Of a DNA stretch of 64,000 bases, positions 37,773 to 49,925 are shown one piece after another. This DNA is from Antedon mediterranea. Lineage: Eukaryota > Animalia > Echinodermata. The stretch is from NCBI RefSeq assembly GCF_964355755.1, contig NC_092674.1:9920001-9984000 (forward strand), read 5' to 3'. The notes beneath the pieces are model-generated. The model saw only the letters and a program-made list of their open reading frames with translations. It was not told the origin of the DNA and did not search any database. A program made the position numbers and the translations under genes. Each line of letters starts with the position of its first letter. Position 1 is the stretch's first letter.

Positions 37773-39746
37773 TAAGGTATTGTGGGTTCCTTAATACAGA
37801 ACTAATATTAAACTGGTGCATTTCAAGTAAAAACATCATTTTAACATCCTGAATGTGCATTATGTTCTGTCTGCATTCGGATATATTATTAATTATTACC
37901 TTTATAAACATTGCTTTGGTCACACACACCAGACATCCTGGTATGGGGCAGACAGTGCGCTAATGCACCAATGTAACCTTAAAATTTGTACCACTGAAGT
38001 TCAATAAAATCTGTCAAAATATATCCTGTTTTTTATAACTCAATGTTTGAATGAAATAGTAGGATATGGATTATGGTTGAATAAACGTGGTGGAGTCACG
38101 CGTTTTTGTCCGCGGTGCTTGACTGCTTATTACTAGACTGTATAGCACTTGTTATGTCATTGGTTATTCCCAGCTCAGAATGTGAACATTGGAAAATTGG
38201 AAATATTATTTTGAAATTGATATTATTTTCTAAGTAATTTTGTAGGTTTCATACGTGTCTATAAATAAAAAATACCGTCTCCTCATCAAAAGCTGAATAA
38301 ACCATTTCACGTTAAAAATGGACAACCAAGAATAGTTCAAGAATAGTTCTGATGCAAATTCAAAAAATAAAAAATAAATTTCCCTATTTGAAAACAAGCT
38401 GAATGCTTTTTAAGCTTTCAACCATTCATGGTTGGACTGATACTGATATTGAAGTTTTAATAGCAATATGCATGTACTGTATAATTAAGGTGCTAAACTA
38501 CTATAAAGTCCAATTCCAAAGGAAATCAAAGTGACAAGTTGGATTAGGGACATAAGAGTGTAGTACTGTTTACACTTATTCAGTCTACAAACTATCCAAA
38601 GTGAAAGTCTACATAAGAATTTTGAAAGTTTGTAAAAGGTTGTCAGAATAATTAACAAAGTGATAGAAAGTAAATTCCAGTCTAGCCGTGTCTATAAACA
38701 GTGCGGCAATCGGACTATTATTAATCATTATAACTGTACTGTTACACCTTCCTGTAGTACTAGGCTATGCGAAGTGACGCAGTTTGATGCATAAGAACTG
38801 TTTTGTGGTTTACTTTTAATTAAGCATATATCATAAACTGTTCCAGTGAGGGGAGGATATCCAGAACGGCACGTCTGAAAGTTACCCTTGGTTATCGTCG
38901 GTGATCCGTGCTAGGTACAGTTATCCTAGTATAAAAGTTCCTGCAACTGTTTTTAACTTTTATTTTTATTCAATATTCTGGACATCAAGAGCTGACAACT
39001 GTAGATTTGAAGGGTAGAGAAATAATCAATTCAACTTTTTTTGAAGAATAATATCTTGATATATATTCCAAAGTGCGGATTTTGTGATTTTAATTGGGCA
39101 ATAGTTGGTGTTTTGATTTTCATTAGTTCAATTGCTTAATTGACAATACTTTTAAAGGAAGAAACAGTAAATGTAAGTATATTATTCAATATTATTACCA
39201 CAGGAATATTTTGTTACATATTAAACTTCAGAATACATATCAGTCTTTGAAACTTTGCATTAGTATCTCTCCTTTTGGAGGGCATTGAACAACTTTTGGA
39301 CAGCAATGCGGCCAACCCATTTTCACCCCAAATTATCAACCTGTGAAATGAACGACAGGCAGCTGCTAGTATATATTTGTTGACACTACTGGCAACCCGT
39401 ATTCAAGGGACACTATTATCCCTATTAAGTGGACAGTTTCTGGATTCTAGAGGTGTCCCCCACCCCCTAATAAGAGTCAGTGGCTACACAGTGTGATCAT
39501 TCTATTAAACCATTTCAAGTGTGTACCGGTATATATGTTTACGGATTATTTTTCTTTGGTTTTTTTGTCTTGAGCACTTCGGTGGATGTATGCTTAACAA
39601 ATCATCTTTTTTTATTGTCTTATCTCTACAAATTGTGTTTTATACTATAATCGTTTTCAATCAATTTTATTAACTCAAGTAAGTATGCATAGACTACCAA
39701 CACCAACAGTTGACACCTTTTTTTTTACATCCTTGTACGTGGTCTT

Positions 39747-40140
39747 TTTATTTTATTTTATTTTTATTTTATTTTATTTTTAAAACCAGAAACAACAGCA
39801 GAAACAAATCCGCCACTTACAGCTTCGTTTAACAGATACAATACAATTACAACAACTCAGAAACACTTAAATTACGACGAAACAGATAAAGATTGGAATT
39901 AAAAATGTCAATATGGGGATGGGCCTGGACTAAACTATTATAATATAAACTTAATCTACTGATGTAACCATTTTTGAGAACATTGACTCTACAAAAGGGA
40001 ACACAAAGGATATTGTTGTTTCTTAAATTACGGGCGGGAACACGAATACCGAAATTGGAGATAAAGTTGCAGTCAAAAATAGAATGAAGACATTTAAAAA
40101 GAAAAATAAGATCATTGTGATTCTTCAATGTCTTTGATCA
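39747..40140 (-). mobile_element. 5'-truncated CR1-group LINE 3' end
   Basis: ORF2 C-terminus DLIFLFKCLHSIFDC...RVPARNLR...RVNVLKNGYISRL...N, short 3' UTR with stem-loop, (TAAAA)n tail. Confidence 0.75.
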
Positions 40141-42002
40141 TGTCTTCTACGAGTTTGGTCATTGATTGTATACCAAGCATACTACAGTGAACGCCTTTTT
40201 TGCCTTGTTGCACCTTCATTCATTTCATCAGGTCAGATGCAAATCTACACGCTGAGAGTTTTGCCTCGGGTGTACCACACACTCTATCTCGTGCTGACTT
40301 ACTTTAACCCAACACTTCGCCATTCATTCCTCTATCTTGTATTCAACAAACTGCTTTATTGAATTTTGTAATTAGTATCGTTACATTGGACGTTTTTTAA
40401 TCAATTTCTTCTGATAAAATTACTTGCCTAATATAATCTAAAATTCATCGCTCAAATCTTAAATTAAATGATAACAGTTTTTCAATTTCAGTTCATTTTA
40501 GTTGTAATTTCAGAATGGTAAATTATAGTTGTGTTATTACATTAAATAGTTTTATGTGATTGATATCAATGTTTGTAATCTTTCGCGAGTTATGGAATTT
40601 CTTTGCGGATGATCTATAGTAGAATTTAATAGATTTAAATGAACCATCTCAAATTGTGCTACAGTATTATGTGTATATTTTGTTTTCCGTATGCTGTATT
40701 GTTGTATAATGATTTCAGTTTATTTAGATGCAAAGACTTTTAACCAGGTAGATTACCATATTTTTTTATTTTATTTCATACGCATCCAACAGCGAGTAAC
40801 TCCCCAATTACAGGAGAAATAAACTATTTAACTAATTTATCATGCCTGTAAACTGTCTCCTTTGAGGCTTAGGGAGGGGAGTTGAAAGAGCTACAGCTCC
40901 ACTATTATTTTATGGCTTTCTACCAGTTAGCTTTCCTGGATATGCCTTAACCTGATGTACATGCCCTAACCTGGTGTACATGCCCTGATTGTACAATGCT
41001 TTAGCATTAAAACTTTAAATGGACAAGTCAATCTGTTTGTCAACACAAGGGATGTAGACATCCCTTATTATATGTGCCAGTATAGTTGAAACTAAAGTTG
41101 TCCCAGTGGTATATTTGGCGGAGTGGCAGTGGGTAATTTAGTAGAAGTACCATCGCAGCCTAAATTTGCTAACACTTAAATTTATTTTGTGCCTAACTTA
41201 CCTGGATAAACCATCATTGGCTGTTTCTTTTCTGAGGGGAGTTAACTCGAAAAGTAACAAAAACTATAAGACAGTGTTGAAATTGTTTGGGAAATCACTA
41301 AAAGTTGCATCTCTCACCTAAACTCCTGAGAATTTATTGTATGGATAACTATTTAATAATTAAGAATATTATAATGATTTATATTCTTATGAAAATGGCC
41401 AACTGTTTTATCTGTATTTTTAATCCTTGTTGCACGTTTCTCATCTGTTTCATCGTTTCTACACTAGCTTAGCAAAGATAATAGAACCGTGTCTAATAAT
41501 TGCTGTTTACATTGATGTATATGTTAAGTGTAGTAGAGGCGTTGAAGTGGTTGAATTATTGGCAAACCTGTCATCAATTCTGTCCTTTTAATTGGCTTGT
41601 ACATTTAACATTTTTAACACGTTTTATTTTTAACCTCTTACATATTAGTCTCTATTTCGGACAACACTTGACTGCAAAATAGCGTTTTTCCTCGTTATGA
41701 ATCATCATACTGATCAATTGACATTTTACTCGTCACGTTTTTGATAACTAAACTGGGAGAAAAGTAAATGTCAACGCATTTTACCCTACATATGCAAAAG
41801 AAAGCGTGCCGTAGGCGTAAACTGCACTGGTCACCTGACCTTTCGTGAACTATTAGTAACGGTAATCCATGCAGGATGCTTGGTCAATGAAGTGTATAGT
41901 CCCTGTCTGATTTGTTTCGGAGACGTGAACTCGCTTGTCTGTCTGTGTGAAAAGTGTTGCAACAAAATGACTTTTCAAATTTGTCACAATGCCATTATAT
42001 GT

Positions 42003-42136
42003 CCAGTATCATCATAGGCAAATTCTGGTATACTGCAATATCACATATGTTTCACAGTTAGCGGCTTATGGCCTATGATACAGGTGCACATGTAATACAT
42101 ATGTGTCACTGTATTAAAGAATTTGCCTGATACTGG
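42003..42136. mobile_element. Small foldback/MITE-like inverted repeat
   Basis: CCAGTATCA..AGGCAAATTCT...CACATATGT mirrored by ACATATGTG...AGAATTTGCCTGATACTGG. No TSD seen. Confidence 0.6.
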
Positions 42137-42745
42137 TCAAATTATAGATACAGTACCAAGGATCCGCCACATTAATGTAAAACAAAAATATTTTTTTTTA
42201 AACCTTGGGATCCATATCTTGTTATGCTTAATGTCATTTTTGTATACGTGTTAATTTTCTGCTCGAGAATATATTTGTTTTATTATTCATCATGTACTGA
42301 CTTTTAATTGCTGTCAAAAGATTTGCTTTGCGGATCAGTGTGTTGGAGGATGAGGTACTTTAAAAGATAATTTGATTAATTCTCCATTTCTACTGAATGG
42401 GTAAGGCCACCCCCTTATTGAGTAAATTACCTTGATTTGATTTTTATGATTGGAACAAAATGTGGCAAAGTATCCGCTTTTAAAATTGTTTCCATGAATT
42501 TAGCTTATGATGAGTGGGCTTATAAACCACGAAATTGATTTATTCCCAGAATAACAGTAGACGCTACCGACACTGCTTCAATTCAGATGCTGTCAGGGCA
42601 ATCAACGTTGTTTAAAAAACAAAATGTACCTGTATGAAAATGACTTGTATTTGTTTTGCCACGAGAGAATTTAACTTCGCATTAATTCTTTTTATTTTAT
42701 GTATTTGTGTCTCAGAACTACACAATTGTCTACAGTATGTATGTT

Positions 42746-42990
42746 GTGGGGTGTGGCTGAGCGGTTTAAGAAGGAGGGCCCTGCACACCATAGTCTCACA
42801 ATCGGCACAGGTTCAAGGTTTTCCTCGAATAGTTTTGGTGTTAGAACAGTGTACACAGCTTTGTTTGTACTTTAAAGAACTCAGTGTATCTTTCGGAGTA
42901 GGTACTATGATACATCTCAGTCCCGTCATTGTGTACAAACGCATGAGTGTCGTCTGGTGGAATTTTGAAAAGAAGGAACACTTTAGGAGA
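42746..42990 (+). mobile_element. Decayed tRNA-derived SINE
   Basis: A-box TGGCTGAGCGG and B-box-like GGTTCAAGG. Body loosely resembles the minus-strand relic at 48440-48650. Confidence 0.5.
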
Positions 42991-43785
42991 GATGAAAGTT
43001 GTTATATGTGTAACATCTAGTCTACTGAGCTTTGTGATGATTATTGAAAATATATATGAATCCATTATCCATTAATTACTGTTGTTAATGTTACACAATA
43101 TATGCAAATTACATTGGATGTTTCCACTGATGAAACTGTTAGCCTTCAAAAAGTATATATTGATATGGATGTCATCATTTTGATCTATGTCATTTCCACA
43201 ATCATTTGTTAATCTAGAATTTGTTCAATATATTGACACTCTGGAAAAAAATTAATATAGTAATTATGCCGTGTATTTCGGCTTGCAAACGATTACAACC
43301 AATGTTGGGTGTAAGAGAAGTAGATGCGATACGTGATATGAATTAGATTTCACTGACGCTTTGTGATGGATCAGTTATTTCAAGTGTCCTACAGTAAAGC
43401 TTGCGGAACGTAGTCGTGTTTATGAATAACTAAGAAGTATATAAGTTTACTGATACTAGGTACTTAGTACATGATATGAATAAGAATGATGGATCTGATG
43501 ATTCCATCTGGCATGCGTATCAACAGATTAAAAATCTAGGCATCGTGAAAGCTGGCACTGTCACTGACATATCTAGATAAGTAAGAGGCTAAGAGGAACA
43601 TTTATCAATGTAATACACCTAGATTATATCATGTGCATTTTCAATCATGTATAATTGTAAGGCTTTCACCATGGTTAGGATAAAAACTAGTTGCTATATT
43701 AGATCATAGCAAAATATTTTACCTTGAAAACTCTGATATATCCATCATTTAATATTGAATCAAGGGAACTTCTTATGTAAAGATA

Positions 43786-44085
43786 TTTATTTTTTATTTA
43801 TTTATTTTATTTAATCGAAACCAACAGCGATAATTACCGCCACTAACAGGTTTGATACAAACAAAGCCAGGACTGTTTAAAGCACCTTTATTAGTCCTAA
43901 CATTGATCAAGGGCTTCTCTCGTCCAGTGCCCACCTTGACCAGAGGTCTGAGGGAGATACTAGATGCAGGGGCTGCCATAAGAGTCAGCAGTGCTGATTT
44001 CAAATGCCTAACGGGACCCCAGCTCCGTATACAGCACCCGTTATTCCCAGATGGTCTCCCATCCATAAAGCTCTAACCAGGCCCA
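43786..44085 (-). mobile_element. 5S rRNA-derived SINE (SINE3-type), 5'-truncated
   Basis: Minus strand GGGCCTGGTTAG..TGGATGGGAGACCATCTGGGAATAACGGGTGCTGTA matches the 3' half of 5S rRNA including box C. It is followed by a unique body, a LINE-like stem-loop and an (AAAT)n tail. Confidence 0.85.
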
Positions 44086-44329
44086 ATTATATTTCATATA
44101 ATAAAGATTTTGGATGGTAGACTTAACAGATGAAAGGGCGAAGGATGAAATTGACAGTACTATCCCGAAACGAAAGCTTGCTATAGTATTAGTTTAAATA
44201 TTTTTTAGTAGGTTAAATCGTGATCACATGTGACACATTTCCTCATTACTTTACTCTTGCTTATACTTACATTATTATTAGTAATAATGTGACAAACATG
44301 TGACACTATTTATTGCAGAACTTTCCTAA

Positions 44330-44483
44330 AGCTCTCTCTATGCTATCAAACATATGTGACATAATGTGATATGCCCATATATGGACATAATGATGTCATA
44401 TCACTACCATATTTGAGCATATTACTACCATATTTGGGCACATCACACTTTTTTTGTCAAACTTTGATAGTGTAGACAGAGCT
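44330..44483. mobile_element. Harbinger/Tourist-like MITE (family D), copy 1
   Basis: TIR consensus AGCTCTGTCTACACTATCAAA, TSD TAA on both sides; inverted homologue at 63500-63660. Confidence 0.85.
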
Positions 44484-47469
44484 TAAGATATCTACGGTAT
44501 TGCAGATTTGATCCTACTGGCATGTTGCAAGAATTTGTGTTTTCTTAATATGTACTGTATGTGGTCCAGCTACTACTGTAACACCTGTGGGTTTGGATTC
44601 TATACCTTTGATAAACAAGGAACTACCGGTATTGCATAAATTATTAGTTCAAACTGCAAGATTTCAAAGTGATTGTAATTTTGTAGACAATGTGATCAGG
44701 AACCTTTGAAATGTTTATTTAACAGTAAAGATCACATGGCAGAACTCACTTTTCCCAGACACTTGCGTAACAATTTACAATAGCCACATTCAAAATATAG
44801 GTTTGTGTGGGAGTAATTCTGGGGATGTGTTTGATATTCACATGAACAATATGCTTTAACGCTATGCAGAATAAGAGCCTCGTTTCTATAAATAAAAGTT
44901 GCTACGATTTTGTTAGGAGTTCATGACGCGCAACGCTTAACTGTGTGGGTGTTTTGTCTGTGTCTTCCAAATTGTGTCGCAGACAAATCGGGAAAGTTTG
45001 AACCAGTTCAACTCTACAGACTTGTCTGAAATGGATAGACACGCCTCTCCCTGTTGCGTCGCGACACCTAGTAAACACGTAATGGTTATGAAAATCAAAA
45101 ATTATACCAACAATTTCAAAACCATATCAACAATTTCAAAACCATATTTCTCTTTAAATATACTCAGTTAATTGCCTTGACTATTAAAAGAAAAATCGTA
45201 AATTAATAAAAATGGCAAAATAGTAATTTGATGTATTGCACAATAGATATACCTTCCTACTGGACGCAATATTCCAATGCAACAACAAATAGTATGTCTG
45301 ACTGTTGCATTCTGGGTTCATTTTTTCTGTCATGTGATGTGATGTCATGTGTATCCTGTTAATCACATGGTTTGACCATATTTGAATCTGTAGATAGTTT
45401 ATATCATCGATTAGATTGTAGAATTACTGTATTTTCATATTTTAGCAACCGGTTGTGGGCTCCTAAGAGAAGGCCTAAAGGCTTGGGTTGTTTTAAAGCT
45501 TTCGGTTTTGTTTCCAGTTTTCGTATTATACAGACTATACCGTCTAGACAGACAGAAACTTATTATTATATGTAATAATAATTCCCCTTGACAAGTGATT
45601 TAATATTTAATATTTTTAAAACCTCATAAATTCAGCAATAAATAAATTTTGTAAATAATATTTAATTTTATTAGGATGTAAACAACATGAAATTAAACTA
45701 CAATTTGTAACAATTTAATGTAAATTAAAATGAAAAACCTTTCTTTAATACAAATTATTGTACAGTAACCACATTTTTATTGAATTACTTATTAATTTGT
45801 TTACGTATATAATTTCATTATAACTATGCTTGTCATGTGATTATGAAAGATAAATACAGAACACAGTAGAGTAGATGTAATGTTGATTTAAATTCAAAAG
45901 ATGATTTTATTGAATAAATACGAGATTAAAAGGTAGCTGAACCCTAATTAAAGTTCACATCAGATATTGAGCCGTCATTGATAGCTCATCAGCGTACCGC
46001 TAATAGATCGCTAAGCATATGCTTATCTATGACACGACAGTAGCTGCACCAGAAGCGATAAATATGGTAAAATGCGTTTATACCTGAATGTTCTAGTCAA
46101 ATTTCATTACCTTTCACTATGCCTTGCACTTGGGAGGTTTACAACCTTGAAAAACACTAATGAGACCTAGATTAGTTTATTTCATATCCAGAATTTAATA
46201 TTAAATATAATTACTTGGATCGTTATATATCTACTGATGTGACGTGCATGAGTGATTACAGGTGATATTTGTGTCAAATTATTAAACAACAAGGTTAATG
46301 TTTTTATCATTTGATTTTAAGGTGTGTGACTTGTTAAATATGAAATAGTGCATCTCAATTATTTAGTTATTATACTTTATAATATAACAGTAGTATAGTA
46401 ATAATATATACAGTATATAGTTTATATAATGTCTACAGTATCTATACTTCTGGCTACTAAAGGTACGGTAATTATAGAGGGGGCTATGTAAGCGTAGGTG
46501 TTACGTAAATCAGATAGCTTATGTCAATGGTATTCTGCAAGCCAACGATGTAGCATTTTGACCGGAGAGCCAACATATTTTGAAGCCACAAGTTCAAAAC
46601 TTGTCAGTACCTTTTTGTGTCTTCTCTTTTTTTTTGTTTCTCTGATTTTTTTACTCACCTTCGAAGGCCTGGAAAAAGCATCCAGAGAAAAGATACAGCA
46701 CCATATCCCTTGCCATGGTGTTTTAGTTTTACCATTAAAAACATTCAGAATACCTGATTTTCTAGACACATTTGTCAGGCCAAGGATGTCTGATATTGGA
46801 AGAGTTGACTGTAAAATGTTCCCCCTTAAATTTTGAATGATTTTATTTCATATGAACTTTATATTAAAAAATTTAAGATCAGGATAGACTGAAGTTGCAA
46901 TGATACATATTAATATAATCAAAGTTTAACTTTTATAAATAATATACACATTTAAAATCACATTTATAATATAAAAATGCAACATCATCTTATTATTTGG
47001 TTTATAAATATTGTATTGTAATATTAAAAGATTGAATGGAAACGAATATACATTGAGTTGTTGAGTGGCATAAAGAGATATGCTAGAATGACAAGATAAT
47101 AAATATATTACAATATTCACTTCAATAGGCCCCTATTTCCCCAGGGCCTGAGGTCAAAAGTCAAAATCTTCTCTAGAGCCAGAGATAACTAGAATGTGTA
47201 CACACCTCTGGGAGCATTTGATGGAAACTAAAAACTTAGCAAGCTATTTTCATCAAAAATGAATTCAACCTTTTAAAACTTGTTTATGGTTTGAGGCATT
47301 CCTGTCGTGAGAATGTCTGCGATCAAATATAATGGGAATCATTTTATAAGTTATTATTAGTATTATCTTGTAGGCTAAAGTTTATAATCTAATGCATGCT
47401 ATTCCTGTCATATTGCCGATTATAGAAACCTCTTTCTATAGGTAAAAGTTTAAATCTAATGATATTATT

Positions 47470-47699
47470 ACAGTGGAACCTTCACCTACGGGATTGTGTG
47501 TCCCTTTAATAGGGTTTTACCTGAATACGGATTGGTCATAGGGTTTAAACATATTATTCATTTACAGTATGGGGAAAGGTGTCCTCTTAATAGGGTTTTA
47601 CCTGAATACGGATTGGTCATAGGGTTTAAACATATTATTCATTTACAGTATGGGGAAAGGTGTCCTCTTATAGGGGTGTACAAAATAAGGGTTTTACTG
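47470..47699. mobile_element. CAGT-terminated MITE with an internal 81-bp duplication
   Basis: TA|CAGTGGAACC ... GGTTTTACTG; CTGAATACGG at 47521 and 47602. Confidence 0.6.
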
Positions 47700-48439
47700 T
47701 TTGTAAACCTATATTGAATGTTCGGAACATCATTTTACAATTTTTAGGCCCTTTGCCCATTTCTTCAAAATCCTGGATCTGCCACTGTTTGACATGTATT
47801 GAAAAATTAAAAGTTAAAATAAAATTGTTCAAAGATCATAAAACATGTCAACAACATTGCCATTACCATTGTGGGTGTTTATATTGTTATCAATCAATTC
47901 TTTACAATAAAGTATATTTTGCCTTTTTGAACTTCGCATTGTGTTCCCTTATTGACCTTGCTAGGCTCTTGGTAGGCTATACTGGCCTAGAAAACCCCTG
48001 GATATTTTCTTTCATCCCTGCTTGTTAAAAACGCCTCATTTCCAGCCTAGCATTCTGTTGCAAATCCTCTCCTCAGGGTCTCATTGTGAACAGTCTGTGG
48101 ACACAGTTACTTTTACCTCGGCTTTCATACTTCAAGTTTTAAGTAGAGCTAGTCTACTGTAGCGTTGATGATGACTTACTAATGTTGCGAGCTGTGTGTT
48201 CATGCACATGTTAAAACTCCCTATGGTGGGATTATTGTTTTTTAAAGTTGGTAGTTATTACTGATAGTATCAAAGGAACCGGAGAGAGATCATAATTTAT
48301 CTTATTTCTTTATGTTGCAACTTTTAAAGTAGCTACTACTGAGGGGATCATAAATTATATGCTGCTTGCTTTAATGATAATTTGCTGTTCACTTGATTTT
48401 ATTATTTTATCTTTTATTTTCTTAGTAAGCTTTTCAATA

Positions 48440-48650
48440 TCCCAGTATAGAAGGCCCAGTGACAGGACCATAATCGCCAAACTGAGAGGCGATTCTCTTT
48501 TCGAATAGTGTCTCAAGTTCTTTATGGTGCATATGAACAATGTATGAACCAACAGCTTTAAGTCCCATCTAAAGGACAATGCATAAGCCTAAAGTATCTT
48601 GACTAAAGATACAGGCAATGGCACAGACAGGTCTCCAACCCATGCTTCTT
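48440..48650 (-). mobile_element. Decayed tRNA-SINE
   Basis: ATGGCACAGACAGGTCTCCAACC is the reverse complement of the B-box region at 632-653. Confidence 0.45.
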
Positions 48651-48698
48651 GTATGCTAGTCTGATATCCCTTTACATTTATACACTCGGAAAGGTCGA

Positions 48699-48790
48699 TG
48701 CAGCACCTGATATTCCCAGACGGTCCCTTATCCAGTTCGGCCCTACCGTGCACAATGTGACTTAACCTGGATGATATGAACCGGTGGTCA
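48699..48790 (-). pseudogene. Degenerate 5S rRNA-like fragment (pseudogene or SINE3 head)
   Basis: Minus strand GGATAAGGGACCGTCTGGGAATATCAGGTGCTGC resembles 5S GGATGGGAGACCGCCTGGGAATACCGGGTGCTGT. Confidence 0.6.
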
Positions 48791-49770
48791 ACATTTGGGA
48801 GTGTGTTAGATGATTAATCGCACTCGCATGTCTCAAATGACAAGATCTGCATCACCTTGATTGCACTATTGTAGTTGTCTAGCTGTAGAAAATGTCCCTT
48901 ATTTACATATTTTTCACCTGTTGGCAAAAAAAACTGCTATATCATGTTGCTTTTACGCCTCACCGCTAATGCTGATATCATGTCTGCTCCTGTTGTCGTT
49001 AAATTGTTAATCGTTGAGCACATTTTACATCCAGAAAGTGTAAAGTCATATCCATCATGTATTTCTACCAATAAACAAAATCCAGGCAATAAATCAGACA
49101 CTCATCTTGTTTCAGTACATAATAAATTAAAGTTATATTACTGTTGTAAAATAGCTTTTAGTTTCTTTCTTAATACCAAGATGTGAATTCAGTAATCGTC
49201 ATTTATGTATTGTGTCAACTTGCTCCGTAAAGTAGCATCACATTAGTATTTGTATGCATTATGATTACATGTTGTTTAAAAGATTGGAGAATATTTGTAA
49301 GGTTTTCTTGAAGAGACTATCTGGAAGATATTGTAGAAAAAACGAAAAAAAAATATTATGAAAAATTAGCTACAGAAAAACGACAACATAATAAAAATAT
49401 TCACTATTTCTTGTTCATATCATTTATTTTCGACTATCAAGCTTGGTTCCGAAGGACGTAAGTGCTACATAAGTGTTTTGACCAATCACAAGTGATGGAT
49501 TATTCAAACTCTCACTTGTAATTGGTCATTTTGGTGATGTCTACATCCTTGCATTACATTATCATCATTATGTGCAGAAAATTAATAGTTCAGTATGCGT
49601 ACTGTATTAAGTACATTAACGATGAAGAAATTAATGGGTGTTTCTTTGGTGAACACATCCCTAGCTTGTGTGGGGATGGAAAAAAATATGCATGAGAATA
49701 ATTAGAAACCTCCTTAAACAATGGTACTTTAAGATGATGAAGATTTTTGGGAGGTGAGAGAAGCAGTGCA

Positions 49771-49925
49771 GTGGTGTAATGGCTATGTATGAGCGCCCAG
49801 ACCTTGAGCAGCCCAATCAGTGCTGTGGTGTAATGGCTATGTATGAGCGCCCAGACCTTGAGCAGCCCAATCAGTGCTGTGGTGTAATGGCTATGTATGA
49901 GCGCCTAGACCTTGAGCAGCCCAAT
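49771..49925. repeat. 54-bp tandem repeat x3 beginning with a Pol III A-box-like motif
   Basis: GTGGTGTAATGG at 49771, 49825 and 49879. Confidence 0.9.

Noticed and set aside
37206-37852. Three overlapping Leu/Ser/Pro/Phe-rich ORFs
   Set aside because: Translations of the CT-rich repeat.
41195-41210. ACTTACCTGG resembling the U1 snRNA 5' end
   Set aside because: Similarity stops after 10 nt; it belongs to a dispersed repeat and is simply an antisense donor.
44030-44085. Functional 5S rRNA gene
   Set aside because: Only the 3' half is present, with an indel, and it is fused to a body and A-rich tail instead of a T-run terminator.
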